DNA of 64,000 nucleotides from Xylographa opegraphella (Eukaryota): NCBI GenBank assembly GCA_022813865.1, contig JALDZX010000023.1, positions 186,001 to 250,000 of the forward strand, read 5' to 3'. Shown piece by piece: positions 51,140 to 64,000 of this stretch (position 1 is its first letter; each line of letters starts with the position of its first letter). The notes under the pieces were generated by a model. It saw only the letters and a program-made list of their open reading frames with translations, ran no database searches and was not told where the DNA came from. The position numbers and the translations under genes were made by a program.

Positions 51140-52282
51140 ATGGCCAGCGTCATGCACCACCTCGTCAGTCGAGGCCTGGACGTCGTTCAGCAGCACCAAG
51201 CGAATCCCGATCAAGCGTTCGGTCCTTTCAAAGTGCCAACATGGGGCATCGTGCTCGTGGGAATCACCATCGCCCTCTACTTCGCCCTCAGCTTGGGCAT
51301 CCGCTACACGTATGCTGAACTCATCGGCACCCTCGCGATGATCGAAGACCCCAGCACCACCATGATCATCCGCACTTCCGAGGTCGACGCTCCTCTTCCG
51401 TCCGCCGACGAGTCCGAGAAAGCGCCTCATCTCGAGCAGGAAGTCCTCCTCGTCAAGTCGAAGCCCATCACGGCCAAGTTCCGCACCGCCATCGCGCACC
51501 TCAGAGCGCATGGTGGCTTCTTCTCGCGCTTCCGCGGCGCTCACGTCCTGGCGGCTTACTACCTCGCATATCACTTCATGTGCTCCTTCCTCTTCCGATT
51601 CGTGCCTCAAACCCTCGCCTATCGTGCCATCATCACCGTGGCCGCCAGCACTATCCTCTGTCGCTTCAGCGCGACGTGGACCCACATTGTCATCAGCGAG
51701 GCGTCGGAGAAACGCTTCTTCCAGCGCGTACCGGCGCTCCCCGCTTTCCGCAAGCTCGCCGGGCCTACTTTCCTGAACGCCGTGGCAAAGCAGGTCGTCT
51801 TCCTCGGCTTGGTCTCGATGTTCAACACCTTCGGCCTCCAGCCATACGCCGCGGACCCCAGCCTCCTCGGCGAACTCAACGACGCCGAGCGCGTGACCGT
51901 CTGGCTCCACGCCTTCATCGTCCTCACGACCGCCATCCTCGCCGCCGTCTTCGTCATCATCCCCACCCACGTCGCCCTCAAGCGCGTGCAGGCGTCCCTG
52001 CTGCCGGAGGACGACGAGTCCATCGTGCCCTTCGACCGCACCTTCAACGGCAAAGTCGTGCCCGAGATCCTCGGCGGCAGCGGCCGCGTCGGCATGGCTG
52101 AGGCGTGGAAGAGCTTCGACTGGAACGGCCGCGTGCGGCTGTTCAAGGTCTACGCCAAGGTCGCCGCCATGCAGGGCGCGCTGTTCATGCTCTTCACTGT
52201 CGTGCTCGCGGGCGAGGTGAGGGTTATTCTGGGCGATCAGTTGGATCACGTCGTCATCGCTGCTACGCGTGGTGCCAGGTAA
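51140..52282 (+). CDS. Fungal multi-pass membrane protein of unknown function (380 aa, intronless)
   Basis: GCCATGG start, GC3-biased ORF and several hydrophobic helices. Motifs TLAMIED, PITAKFR, WTHIVIS, RVQASLLPEDDESIVPFDRTF and EAWKSF, which I recognise from a conserved fungal family. Confidence 0.85.
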   Translation: MASVMHHLVSRGLDVVQQHQANPDQAFGPFKVPTWGIVLVGITIALYFALSLGIRYTYAELIGTLAMIEDPSTTMIIRTSEVDAPLPSADESEKAPHLEQEVLLVKSKPITAKFRTAIAHLRAHGGFFSRFRGAHVLAAYYLAYHFMCSFLFRFVPQTLAYRAIITVAASTILCRFSATWTHIVISEASEKRFFQRVPALPAFRKLAGPTFLNAVAKQVVFLGLVSMFNTFGLQPYAADPSLLGELNDAERVTVWLHAFIVLTTAILAAVFVIIPTHVALKRVQASLLPEDDESIVPFDRTFNGKVVPEILGGSGRVGMAEAWKSFDWNGRVRLFKVYAKVAAMQGALFMLFTVVLAGEVRVILGDQLDHVVIAATRGAR

Positions 52283-52861
52283 GAAAGGTGGTATAGATAG
52301 GAAGCGGGCATGGGGCTATATGGGACGGAGCGGGAAAGATTGGCTGGCACGGAATCACCTCGCTCGAGCCACGGCGGGGAGGAAGGGGGATCACGCCCAG
52401 CAGCCTCCCACGTTTCTTTCTTTCATTTTCATTCATTCATTCGCATGCGTAATGCTTGCTTCACATAACACGGACTCTGCACTCTGTATTTCTAGCCCCT
52501 GCGCAACGGCGTCTAGGTTATCTGCTCTTTCAGAAAAGAGAAGAAAAATAAAAAGCCCCCCACCTTGCGTCCAGATATGCTTAGTGATGGTGGTGGTGGT
52601 GATCGTGATCATGATCATGTCTTCGCCCACGCGCCCACATATATACATACATCCCCCTCCCTCGCTCGTGAATCCCCCTCGCTCGCAAACGCCCCGACTT
52701 GCTTCGCCACACGACGAGCACACGAGCCCAATTATATACGTGCAGCACAAACCCAGTCCCAACGCCCCGGAACCGGTTTCCCTCCTTCCCTCCCCTTCCC
52801 CCCTCCCACCTCAGAAAATGCCAAGATGCAAAGACGCAACCCCCCTCCCCCTCCCCACCAC

Positions 52862-55483
52862 TCACCCCACCACAGCCTTCATACTCAAACTCTCCAGAAA
52901 GGGACTCAGATCGTCGACGCGCACCTCGACGACGCAGTGCTCGAAGCTGTCGATGCGGACGCGCGCGCCCGTGTCGTCGACGACGGCCTGGAAGGCGTTG
53001 CCGAACCGGTTGCGGCCCGCTCCTCGGGGCGGGGGTTGTCCGTCGGAGTCGGAGTCGGAGTAGGTTTCTTCGTCGGAGTCGGCGGCTTCGTCGTCGGCGG
53101 CGGCGGCGGCTTTGTCGCTTTCGGTGGTGGTGGTGGTAGCAGCAGCAGCAATCTTCCGCGGCGCCTTCTCTCCCCCCTTCCCACCACCCTCCCAATCAAC
53201 ACCCCTCCCGCCCCCCCCAGTCCCCACAACGACATACACCCCCCTGGCCTCATGCAAACTCGCCAGCACGAGCGGCGTCCCTGCCCCGGCGGCGGCGGCG
53301 CCGCCCTCCTCCTGCGCGGCGAGGGCGTCGCCGAGCCATAGCGCCAGTTTGGTGAGCGCGCCCGGGTGCGTGAACAGCACGACGTCGGGCCCGTCCTTGA
53401 CGACGGCCATGCGGAACGCTTTGAGGTGCCGGATGTGCCGCTTCGCAAGCAGGGCGGCGCCCGTGCGGAGGATGGCGCGGTGGAGGTGCTGCGCGTGCGG
53501 GAGGGCGAGTTTGAGGGCTTCGATGCTGGGAGGGGGGGAGGGGGGTTAGTGAGGTGCGGGGTGGAGAAGGGGAGGGAAAGGAAGGCCGGGGGGGGTTGCT
53601 TACTCGTCTAGGGCGTCGTAGGCGTTCCAGAAGCGCTCGACGTACTCCTCGCCTTCGAGCCGGCCGTCCTCGTCCGCGAGTTCTTTCGCCTCTGCGCGCG
53701 AGCCATCCCTCCAGCCGTTGCGGGCAACACTCCTCGAGGACGCGAGGGCCGCGCCCGCGGAGCCGACTTCGAGGATGGCGCCGACGAGAACACCCACGTC
53801 CACGGCGCTGAAGCACGCCTTGAAGCCCCAGCTGCGCACGAAGCCCCACCCTTCGCGGCCGCGGCCCACGCCGGCGGGCGGCGGCACGAGGCCGTCGAGG
53901 CCGTATAGCGGCGCGTACTTGAGCAGGCGCTGGCGCAGGCCCTTCTTGAGGTCCATGTCCATGTGCGTGTAGCTCTGCCGCGACTGCACGAGGCTGACGC
54001 CCATCTTGGCGAGCAGTTTGTGCAGCCGCTTGCGGCCGGCCTCGCTCCACAGGTGCAGCCGCGCGGCCAGGTACGGCGAGTGCAGCATGCTGTCGTACAG
54101 CGACCAGTGGCGGATGAGCAGGAAGCGCGGCTCCGGCGATAGTCGGATGGAGGTGTCGGTCGGGGAGCGCGCCGTCGTGGGGATGACGCCCGAGGTCTCG
54201 CCGCGCGCGGCCTCGCCCCGTGTGTCGGTGGGGTCGGGCGGGTTCAGGCGGCGGACTTCGTCGCGGAGCACCTGCCGGATGCGCTCGCCTCGCACGCCGC
54301 CCCAGCCGGCGGAACCGCCGGCGTCGAGGGCGGGGGAGATGCCGACGCCGGTCATGCTGCGGCCGTAGAGCTCGAGCGAGGAGACGCCGACGATGGCGTG
54401 CCAAAGGAAGTTGTTGTCTTCGCGCCCGAGCTCGCTGGCCAGGGAGTAGAGGAGGGAGGAGATGGGTTCGGAGTAGGAGGCGCCGAGGGAGTAGTAGGAG
54501 TGGAGGACTGCTTCGTATTTGCGTTTCAGTCGCAGTAGCCGCCGTCTGTTCCGCCGTGTGGCTTTCTGGTCGTCGTAAGCAGGGAGGGTGGGTTGAGAGA
54601 TTGGCGATGTTGAGCGGGAGACGGAGGTTCTGTGATCGACGCCGTTGTCGGAGGTTGACAATAGGCCTGGTCTTGATCGTCGAGTCGGGCTGATGGATAT
54701 TGAGTCGTCTGAGTTGCTTCTTCGTCTTTGGCGAGGTCGGACATCCTCATCCGCGCTGCCTTCATCGTCTTCCGCGTCTGACGATGATTTCCGTTTCTTG
54801 CTTAACCTTCCACCAAGGCCTACACCGCCATCACTGTCGCTTTCCGATTCGGAGCCATCTGACTCTCGGCCATCGTCGTCGATTGGAGGCAGTTGGTCGA
54901 GCTGGAAATAAGCTTCTTTCTCCGTGCCCAATTCTTCATTGATGTCCCCATCGTCGTATACGATGATACCACCTCTCCCAGGTTTGTAATGCCGTTGTAT
55001 TTCACCGAAGCTGACGTCCGGAGCTTTGGTCCGCGCATTGCGATTCACTTCGCCCAACGCCATCTCTGGAGGCCTCCCACCAAACACATTGCCCAGATTC
55101 CAAGGTCTACGCGCATCAATGACCCATATCTCTACGCCCCCAGTCGCATCTTCGTCCTCTTCCGTCGCCTCAAGGCCCAGCACTTCTCCGAGATCCACCA
55201 GCCCTCCAACCCCAAGGCATATCACCGTGCCCCCGCTCCCGCCATTTTGGATCCGCATTGGCTGCACCTGCGTTTCGCCAGCACGTGCGAGATCGCCATA
55301 ACCAGCGACAGGTACGATATTGTGCTGTACATAGTCGCGCTTGAGCAGTGCTGTAAGGATTCGACATGCGCAAAGGGCGTCGGGCTCGAGGGCGACCAGC
55401 AAGAGGACGGGCGGGGATTGAGCGTGTTGGGAACGGATGAGGTGGGTGTAGAGGTGCGAAATCAAGTCGCGCGGGAGGTACAT
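52862..55483 (-). CDS. CDC45: DNA replication initiation factor Cdc45
   Basis: MYLPR..., LVALEPDALCACRIL, IDARRPWNLGN, LASELGREDN, RFLLIRHWSLYDSMLHS, FWNAYDAL and NRFGNAF...RIDSFE. Intron 53603-53526. Confidence 0.96.
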
Positions 55484-55605
55484 GGCTTTGCAGGCGTGAG
55501 TCTGTAGCTCGTCATCGGCCTTCCAGATATTGGAGTTGCTTGGGCTCTTGAACAACAGAAGGAAAATGCATGATGACCTTGGTCCGGGGTGAAGTGAGGT
55601 AGACC

Positions 55606-55630
55606 CGCGTCGTTGGCGCGTCTTCACGCG
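55606..55630. promoter_or_regulatory. Cluster of three MCB-like (ACGCG) cores upstream of CDC45
   Basis: CGCGT at 55606-10 and 55617-21, and ACGCG at 55626-30, ~125-150 nt upstream of the ATG. Confidence 0.45.
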
Positions 55631-56506
55631 GGCGACTAAAAAAAGCAGAAAGTGCTTTGATGGCCTTGGCGAGATCACCAGCCGGGAACATCTGAAATTT
55701 TAGGGGCGGAAGCACCTAAGCGGCCACTTGAAAGCCACACTCCCACTGTCAATACCCGATCTGGTGATATTGATCAGCACTTCTGACAACAATTGCAAGT
55801 CCCCGTGTCGTGGGGCAGGATTAGATGCTTGTCCTCGAACGACTTCAAGGCCATTGTAATAGCCGGGGAATGTCACGCATCAGTTTCTTCACCCACCAAC
55901 TATGGCGATAACCTCCCGGAAGTTAGGGGACCTGCCCTATTTAATGCCTATTGCAGCCCCTAATATTTCCACTTTCGACCCCTGTTGCAAGCTTTATGCA
56001 GCGTTTACGTAATCAATTGTGCCAAATTGGTTTCCTCCGCGACGGACTTTCTGTAGACGGCAAACGAGTGTTGCAGATCGAAAGACACTTGCGCCAAAGT
56101 GCCCAATATCAGGCTATAGAATTCACCCTGGCGCTGGCATCAGTGTACTGCTATAGACTGCCCACTCAGGACCGATTTCTGGCTATTTGGCCTTCTCGAT
56201 GTTGACCTGACACCCGAGGCTCAACAATCTTGCTCGTCTAGAAGTCGCTCCTTCTCATAGGTGGGAAGGCATTCAATCACGCCTGTTGATGATCACTTGT
56301 TGTGGAGACCTGCAGGCATCATCGTGTTTTGCTTTAGAACTGTCATTGGCCATCTCTTCAATGGGTCCATCACCGCGAGACCGCTAGACGTCTCGATCTG
56401 CTTCTTCGACAATACCCGCGACTTTAATCACGCGAGCCTTCGTTGGACATCACCTGCAAAAGCCTCATAATATAATATCAAATTCCAATGCTCTAAACTG
56501 TTCAAC

Positions 56507-59500
56507 ATGCACACCCATGATCAAGTTCATCCCTCTCCAAAAGTAACTGGCGGTGCTTCACCCGCCCTGTTCGAGCTTGGCTTGATGGACCTGCCTCTCG
56601 AAACGCAGAAAGAGATTGTTAAGCATGTAAGAATGTCCCTACGTCTGGAGCTCATCTGTCATAATACCTATAATGCATGACAGGTCTTTGTGAGAAGAGA
56701 TCTGCTCAATCTGCAATGTGCTTCGCGCCATTTCCACCGCTTAGCCAGTGCGAAACTCTATAGTGAGCTCAAGTTCACTTTGACCCATGCGGATGCCCAA
56801 AGCTACTACGCCCTCCCATGTACGCGTCTCGCGGAGGTATTGCATACCTTCGCTACCAGTGACCACGACTATGGCCAGTATGTCAGGAGCTTCACTCTCG
56901 CGCTCTCCGAACAAGATACCGAGGACGTTCAACGAAGGGTTCTTTCCAAGTACCACTGGGAAGAGGAATCCAACAGACTACTGAATACCACTCTCCTCCT
57001 CATGCTCCGGAAAACACGGGCACTGGAAACGTTCTGGTAAGTCAATGTTGAAGGCTACGGCGCACTGTCACATTGTCTAATTCTCATCAGCTGGGACACG
57101 GCCATCGAGCTGAGCAGGCCGGTCTACCAGATCCTTGCGACGATCGCAACCCTTCATATGCTCTGCATACGACTTGATACCAGCATGGTTCCGCGTGTAG
57201 CAAGCTTCACACAGCAACAGATGAGCCAGGGACATGGCCCAGTCATCGCGCCTGCACAGACCTATGGTCAGTCTCCACCTTTAAACTCTTTGGACGAGCT
57301 GATTTGAACTTAGCCACGGCGGGTCTTGCACAGCTCAACCAAAACGCATCCACGTCTATTTTGGCGATGCATAAAAAGGGCAACCCTTACTTGGCTGGCA
57401 ACGCCAGGCCCAGATTCGGTGGATTCAAGGATCTTTATCACTTGGACATCCTTGGCATCGACAATTTGGACTGTCTCCCAGATATTTCCACTTGCGTTTT
57501 GGCTTGCTCGGCAACACTAAAAAGTCTGAAATTGTCGCTGTCCTTCGAATTGGCTCGAAGGGCGCGAAAGCCTGCGGCGCTGAGTGCGCCACTGGCTCCT
57601 GCACAGGCTCCTGATGATTCCCAAGATGACATGACGCCACCGCCCGAGCCAGCAATGCCCGCGGGAATAGCAGCTGCCAATGAAGCGGACATCAAGAAGG
57701 AGAAAACTGCTCAGGAATCATTTTTGGCCAAGATATTCGGTCTCCATACAAAAACAGAAGACAGGCGTGTCGAGAGGTCCTTGAAGGCCACAGCAGCATC
57801 CTTCAAGTCCAAAGAAAACATGGACGAGGCCTTTTTGGAAAATATGAAAGCTATAGTGGCGAAAGTATTACAGGCCAGGACTCAATCAGGATACAAAGTT
57901 CTCGCTAGTGATAAGACGCTTCTCAAAGAATTGGAAAAAGCTGTCAAAAAATATCTGAAGTCGGATGCTGCCAAGTCCAAAGGCACGAAAGCAGCCCTAA
58001 CCTCTGAGAATAAGCCGTTGTCATTCGGTGGTCTTTTCCCCTCCGGTGCCCCTTCACAACCATATAAAGCCACTGCGAATGGCCTGGAGTCCGCCTATCA
58101 TACATTCCAGGATTTGTGGGACGAAGAGGGCGAGCATCCAACACTGGGCGAGTTTGAGAGCTTGATCAACGCGAACGGAGGACAAAATCCTCCTCCGGTC
58201 CACCAGATGGCACACTATCAATATGAATACCCTCCTTCTCTTTCCGGGCTTGGGCCACCGATTGGGCAATTCAAATCTCCACCCTCGCAGTACCCTTTTC
58301 AATACCCAGGCTCATCGAGCTCGGGGAACAATCACAATCATCCAGTCTTTATGAATCATTTGATCCAGGAGTGGAATAAGAAAAAGGTACCCATTCAATC
58401 GTATGCACAGCTGAAGAAGGACATGTTGGAAGGAAAAATTTCTCACGAAATGTATTATGCCTTGAAGTCCGACAAAGCCCTGCAAGACACCTACATGCTA
58501 GACCAGGCTGTGCACGATACACATACCATGTCCAAGGCATTACAGATGCAAGATATGTTATTATCAGGGGCATCCAACCATCCATTTCCGCAACCTGGGG
58601 ATCAAGCGGACGCAACAACTGAAACCGATGGCAGCGTGGCCGATGGCGAACCGGTCGAGAACGGTGAGGTGACAGATGAAGCGGCTAAAGTGGCCGATCA
58701 ACCCTATTTCCCTGCCACTGTGCTCGATCCTAAAGATCAGGAAGATGGTATGGATATCGATATGGAACATCCTGATGTCGTGGAGAGTGACGAAGACGAT
58801 ATGCAAGAGACGAACGTGGATACGAGGCCGCAAGCAGTCCGAGAGGCGGAGCTACTCTTAGGATTTGCGACTCGCCAGGAAGCTCCTCCAGAACGGGCGA
58901 ATGAAGCGCCTCCGGTCATTTCCGATCTCAATTCTCTCCGGACACCAACAAGGAAGCCACAAAGACAGAAAATTAAAACGACGGACGAAACAATGCAAGA
59001 ATATATACGTACCAAACATGGATTTAATCTGGAAGACCTGACACTTTACCTAATCCCTTTGAAGCCTTCAGTAATCGGCAAAGCACTAGATATGTCAAGT
59101 CTCAGAAAACTCACTCTGCTCAGCGTCGGGCCACAGGGTGGCTTTTGGTCATATGTGGCCAAAGTTCAGAAAGAGGCCGTCTCATCCATTCACCTGCATT
59201 ACATACATACAGACGATGTTTCTTTGGCATTTCTCAATTGCATAGCGCAGCTGTCTGGGCTTCGGGACTTGTTTCTGATGAGAAGGAGCATCAAAGAATG
59301 CGACCCTTCCACGTTAAGCCCGTCTGTGAATATCTCCGATATACGCTTATTGGCATTACGGAAACATGCTGCCACGTTGGAGAGGCTGATGGTCATGAAC
59401 AACGAAGACGATTCATGGGATCTGGATAGCAAAACTATGAGGCTGCTCACTGCCAAAGGCGCTCAGCTGAAGGAGCTTTCATTCAGTGTCAATGTGACAG

Positions 59501-59987
59501 ACTATGTGAGTTGCCGCCCGTGAATCGACATTACGTTTTGCTGACGACCCAACAGCACGTTCTCATGCAAGGCCTTCCTGGTCTCAAGAACTTGGTCGCG
59601 ATGTATATCCTTGCAATCCGCACCAGCGATCCCGGTGCCTCCATCGGCCGGGAGTGCCGCAAGTTCACGATCGATAACATCTGGCACTGTCCCCAGCTGA
59701 AGATCAAATACTTGGCCATGACGGGCTTGGTCTTCGAGCTCGCGCGACGGCCGGAGTCCGTGGCGAAGCCGAAACGGAAGAAGCAGGTCGCGCTCGACGT
59801 CAAGGGGAAAGGCAAAGCGAAAGCCAGCGATCCGCTCCCCGTCGCTGCCGAGGCCTCGACCGACTCGGACGACTTCAGCGAGATCGAGGGCGCGGGCTTG
59901 GAGATGGCGTGCGTCAAACACTTGAAGTTCGCGGACGTGCCCGACATCGTCATCCTGCGAAAGGAGATCCGCACGGGGAAGCTCTGA
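56507..59987 (+). CDS. F-box-like protein with LRR-like segments and a long low-complexity insert
   Basis: LMDLPLETQKEIVKH/V..RDLLNLQCASRHFHRLASAKLYS is F-box-like. LRR-like segments LxxLxILGIDNLD, LKSLKLS and LRKLTLL. Four canonical introns (~56627-56683, 57037-57090, 57266-57312, 59506-59555). Confidence 0.75.
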
Positions 59988-61143
59988 GTCTCGTGCTTTG
60001 GCGCGTGCCCCTGTGTTCCGGTTGAGGGCTGCTTTTCGGCGATCGGGAGCCGGTGGATACCCCCTATGTATGCGTAAGCCGCGGCGATAGCTGCCCCATT
60101 CGGTAGCGGTGGGCTGGAGCCTGCCGTGGTGAAAGTACTGTTCTCAGCTCGGATGCGGCTGCCTTCGATAGATATGGGAATAGTATTTCGGGAATGCAGT
60201 TCATGTTCACGGGTGAAGCGAATTATGGACCTGTGCAATGGGCGCAGTCGCAGTAGTTACTCCTTCCGTAATGGCATCCCTTTGAGAGAGACAATCATCC
60301 AATCATCCGGACTTCTCCCAGTAGCGCTGTAGTAATCCTTCCCCAACCAAGCCATGTCTCAAGCCGCGAGACGGTCCCCCTCCTCCAGTCATGCACTCCA
60401 ACGATAGCAACGCGTATTTAGGAAAGCTCCAAGCCTGTCTGTAGATACCTGTCCATTCAGCAATCAAAAAATCTGTTCAGTCCGTCCTGGCGCGGTGACA
60501 GACCCGCTCGACTGATGCGAAGCCATCGCGCCATGGCTGGCCGCGTGGCCTCCGTGGCAGCTGAGATATCTAGATATCTAGTCGTCGGCCAGGAATAGAT
60601 AGACGGCATGGTCTGGTCTGGAATGGTGATGGGTCAAGATACTTGGCAACTGGTCTGGTAGGCTATTGGTTTATGAACCAGGTGGTATTCAGTTCCGAGT
60701 CGTACGTGTACCCCGTTGACTTTGGCTCAGCCGGGGGAGTCTTTACCTATCCGGATTTCATATGTTGCGTAATCTCTAGGAACCTAATAGGGGCCTTGAT
60801 CCGATTGTTGATGCTAGGGTAGCCATCTGGTGCCATATGACTATACTGCCGTAGAGTAGTATTCTGCGAAAATTCTCGGTGACGGTTAGTGGGCAGAACT
60901 CGCTGACATTGGTGGTGAACATTATTCGGAAGTGCTTTTTTTGCTTAACAACTAGGTATGAGATAATAGCAAGTTGCAATGTCCAAAAACATCGAGTGAA
61001 TGAATCATCACAATAGCAAGCTCGACACAACGAAATTGTCCTTCTCATCCTGGTTAGTCCATCATCATTCCCCCATTCTCAAATCAATTCCTTCTGTTGC
61101 CTTGGATCAAAAGCAACGGCCCAAAAAAATGGCAAAAAAAATT

Positions 61144-61235
61144 TTCCGAACCGGGGAATCGAACCCCGAGCCTGTCGGGTCTGTGGATGAGGCATCCATG
61201 AGAGCGACAAATGTTAGCCATTACACCAGTTCGGA
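61144..61235 (-). tRNA. tRNA-Glu(CTC) with 20-nt intron
   Basis: Acceptor stem TCCGAAC/GTTCGGA, A-box TGGTGTAATGG, anticodon arm TGTCG-CT-CTC-A..C-CGACA, intron 61198-61179, B-box GGTTCGATTCC and downstream T-run terminator. Confidence 0.96.
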
Positions 61236-61838
61236 CATTCGCATGGCCGGGAATCTCGTTGGCGAGGTTCTGGTTAAAGAACATCTGTTCTTATTATCAT
61301 AAATATTGATTGAAACTATCTGGTACAGAGTCAAAACCGTGTATTTGCCTCGCTTCCTCGAGATATATACTATCTTACTGCTAGTCGGAGCCTTACTTGC
61401 TGAAGACTACGTAGGTATTAATTCTCAAGAGTTCTGTCCCCAGTGTGCCTCGAGCACCATTTTTACTCCGCTTGCGCGTAGGAGTTGCGACCGCGTCGTT
61501 TCGTATGGCAGGACACGGGAGACGCCTAATCTATATCAGTTATACTGCATTTCGAGCACCAAGCCGTTCCATCGAAGTGCGGAGCTGGAGTTGCTCGATA
61601 GTTAGACTACACGATATTTATAGGAGAGGACTGAAGGTCTATTGCGACTTCATGCGGGTCCGATATCTACCTTCTTTGACACTGCATCTCAATAGCATCT
61701 AATAATGGTCTTTCTTCATACCATTCAAGTACACAGTGGCCGTTTTCAGTATTCAGGATCTCCCGGCGCAGATCGTCTCCACAGTTCCTGTCTCTCAAGG
61801 CTTTCCTGCAACTACCTTTCCCAGCACATCATAGTTGC

Positions 61839-63045
61839 TCAACTCCCCATAATAGCCCTAACATCCCATACCAGAACCCTCTCATCCCATCCGCAACTCG
61901 CGCACCACCCTTCCGCCCCAAACAAGCACCAGTCCACCCCGACCACAAACTCCGTATGCCGTCCCATCCTCCCGAGCTCTCTCCCGCCCCCCATGGCCAT
62001 AGAATTACTCGGGCCATCCCCGGCTCCAACTCCCAGTGCGCTCCCATCTGTCCACACCCGGCATGTCATATCGTAGCTTGCGCTGAGCAACACATCTGGC
62101 AGGTGCGGGCTCCAGGCCACCTTTCGAACCGCATAGTCGTGACCTGGTAGAATGGCGACGGGTCCTTGGCCAGGGGATCGGATGTCGAACGTCCGGATCA
62201 GGCGGTCCACACCCGCGGTAGCTATGATGCTGTCACGGTATTTATTCCAATCGTGAGTCAAAGCTTCTGTAGGGGGTATGCCACCTTGGGGCGGTAGACC
62301 AAGACGAGTTGGCGCTGCAGCGTGTATGGGGATTGAGAGTGTAAGATGATTCGATACGGACGCAGGAGTGCGAAGGTCGAAGATCCGGAGATGTGAGTCT
62401 GATGAGACAGCAGAGAGTATGGACGGCGAGTGTGGGGAGTACGCCGCGCTGTAAGTACAGGAGTGGGTGGGTAGGGTGAGGAGAGAATCGGTGCGGTGGG
62501 GCGACCACTTGAGAGAAACAACAGCGTGAGCCTACTTCATCGAATCGAGAGCTTATATAGAAGATAGAGGAGGAAGGCGACAGCTTTGAAACTTACGATC
62601 TTGATACACCCGTCCCAAGAACTCGAGCAGAAGGTATCCTTGCCCACCAAATTCCAATGCACCGCAAAGACCTCCCTCTTATGCTCCTGCCACGACTGCA
62701 CCGGGAACTCATCAAGACCTATATCGAAGAGCTTGATCGAGCTATCACCCGCCGCCACAACAACCTGGTTCTCATGCGCCTCGGACCAGGAAAGATCGTA
62801 CAGCGAATCCTGCGTATCAAACCTGCACCCCCATCAGCGTCATCTCCTTAAGTCTCTTCCGGGATCAGCGAAGAGCAAGACCATTTCTCAGAAACGATTC
62901 CATTAGGCGTCAATCCCAAGATGTAAAGCCGTCCGTTGCCAACGAGACCGAAATTGGCAGATGCGGCGACCGCAAGTCGCGAGTCGAAGAAGGGCGAGTA
63001 CTTGACGGCATAGCCATTGAAGCCTTGAGTGCGGAACTCGAGCAT
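61839..63045 (-). CDS. PEX7: Peroxisomal targeting signal 2 receptor (WD40)
   Basis: MLEFRTQGFNGYAVKYSPFFDSRLAVAASANFGLVGNGRLYIL, EHKREVFAVHWN, SSSWDG, THDWNKY, GHDYAVRK and SASYDMT. Two introns. Confidence 0.96.
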
Positions 63046-63461
63046 GCTGGTGCACGCATGTTGCGATGACCTCGAAAAGCGGGACGACGCTCACATCAAA
63101 AAGTCTATCACAAGTTTTGATTTCGGCGTAGGCAGCCCTTCAGATTTGCTTAGGGGGCGGTTTAAGTGGTCGAGTTAGGTGGCATCAGGCAGTTCTTGCG
63201 AGTTCTAGACAACTAATATTCAAGTGTTCGTTGATGCTTTGAGCTGCAATCAGCTATTCTTCTAGACACATAAGTAATACGTTTAGCCAAGGGTTAAAGG
63301 CTTGACTGAGTAAGTTGTAGTGACTACACGATTATGACGACAAGGCCTAGAGCACGTCTCACTCAGATCCGGAGAACTATTGGATATGCAATCTCATCGT
63401 GGTCCATTCAGGACACAATGGTCTAAACTATAACATTTGGCCGTTTCAAGAACACCATCAA

Positions 63462-64000
63462 TCAAAGCCACGACGGAAAGTTTTCGTTTCCCGCCGCATC
63501 GTAGACCATTTCATCCAGCGATTCCTGGCCAATGCTCCTCCCGTTCATTGACGCAAGCTCCTGGATGCGCCTCTGCGCCTCCACTACCCGGGCGCTTCGT
63601 TGAGTACGCCCGAGGCCCATGATAGCCGTTACGCTACCCTTGCTGACACTCCGGATCTCGTGCCAGTATTTGCGCGGCAGCTCGAAAGATCGGCGTGGAG
63701 GATTTGTGACCAATTCGACGGTCGCACGCTGATCCTGCTCCGGGAACTGATCGATGTCGCGATGTAACCAGCGCTCTGGTCGTAAACTGGCCCGAGGGGC
63801 GGTACTGAGCGTCAGCCTGCACTTCGTCGTGGTGCATCCCTGATATTCTCGATCATTTATATTTATCCCGAAAGAGCCTATTCGTGAAGCCACTCGGTCT
63901 TGGTACTTTAGCTCTGCAATCAGCAGCATCAGGTACTCGGGACATATAGAAAGACCGACGCTTGTGCCAAACTGCTCCAGAAGGAGTTTGATGGCGGAGG
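63462..64000 (-). CDS. 3' part of a hypothetical protein that begins beyond the window edge
   Basis: The frame of ORF 63462-63929 stays open to 64000 (SAIKLLLEQFGTSVGLSICPEYLMLLIAELKY...). No recognised motif. Confidence 0.5.
   Translation of the reverse strand, partial: SAIKLLLEQFGTSVGLSICPEYLMLLIAELKYQDRVASRIGSFGININDREYQGCTTTKCRLTLSTAPRASLRPERWLHRDIDQFPEQDQRATVELVTNPPRRSFELPRKYWHEIRSVSKGSVTAIMGLGRTQRSARVVEAQRRIQELASMNGRSIGQESLDEMVYDAAGNENFPSWL

Overview
Gene-dense segment of a filamentous ascomycete (Pezizomycotina) genome, judged from short GT-AG introns with CTRAC branch points, an intron-containing tRNA and RIP-like TpA-rich repeats. Core genes: thiolase, UBC2/RAD6, kinesin-1, a PCI-domain protein, LCP5, uaY, CDC45, PEX7 and tRNA-Glu(CTC). 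Between them lie accessory genes, several visibly damaged: an APH-like kinase with a bad splice acceptor, a frameshifted methyltransferase, an MFS transporter with an in-frame TGA, and an orphan paralog with two stops. The standout is a ~10 kb island between LCP5 and uaY. It holds a ~2,108-aa bacterial-type SpvB/FG-GAP/TcdB-mid/YD-RHS toxin-like gene with an intact RHS autocleavage motif and a glycine-zipper C-terminal tip interrupted by a spliceosomal intron. That gene sits head-to-head with an intronless 366-aa beta-rich orphan. The pair is bracketed by a 1.2-kb foldback-type element and a second TpA-rich relic. Product calls come from motif recognition only; no database searches were run.
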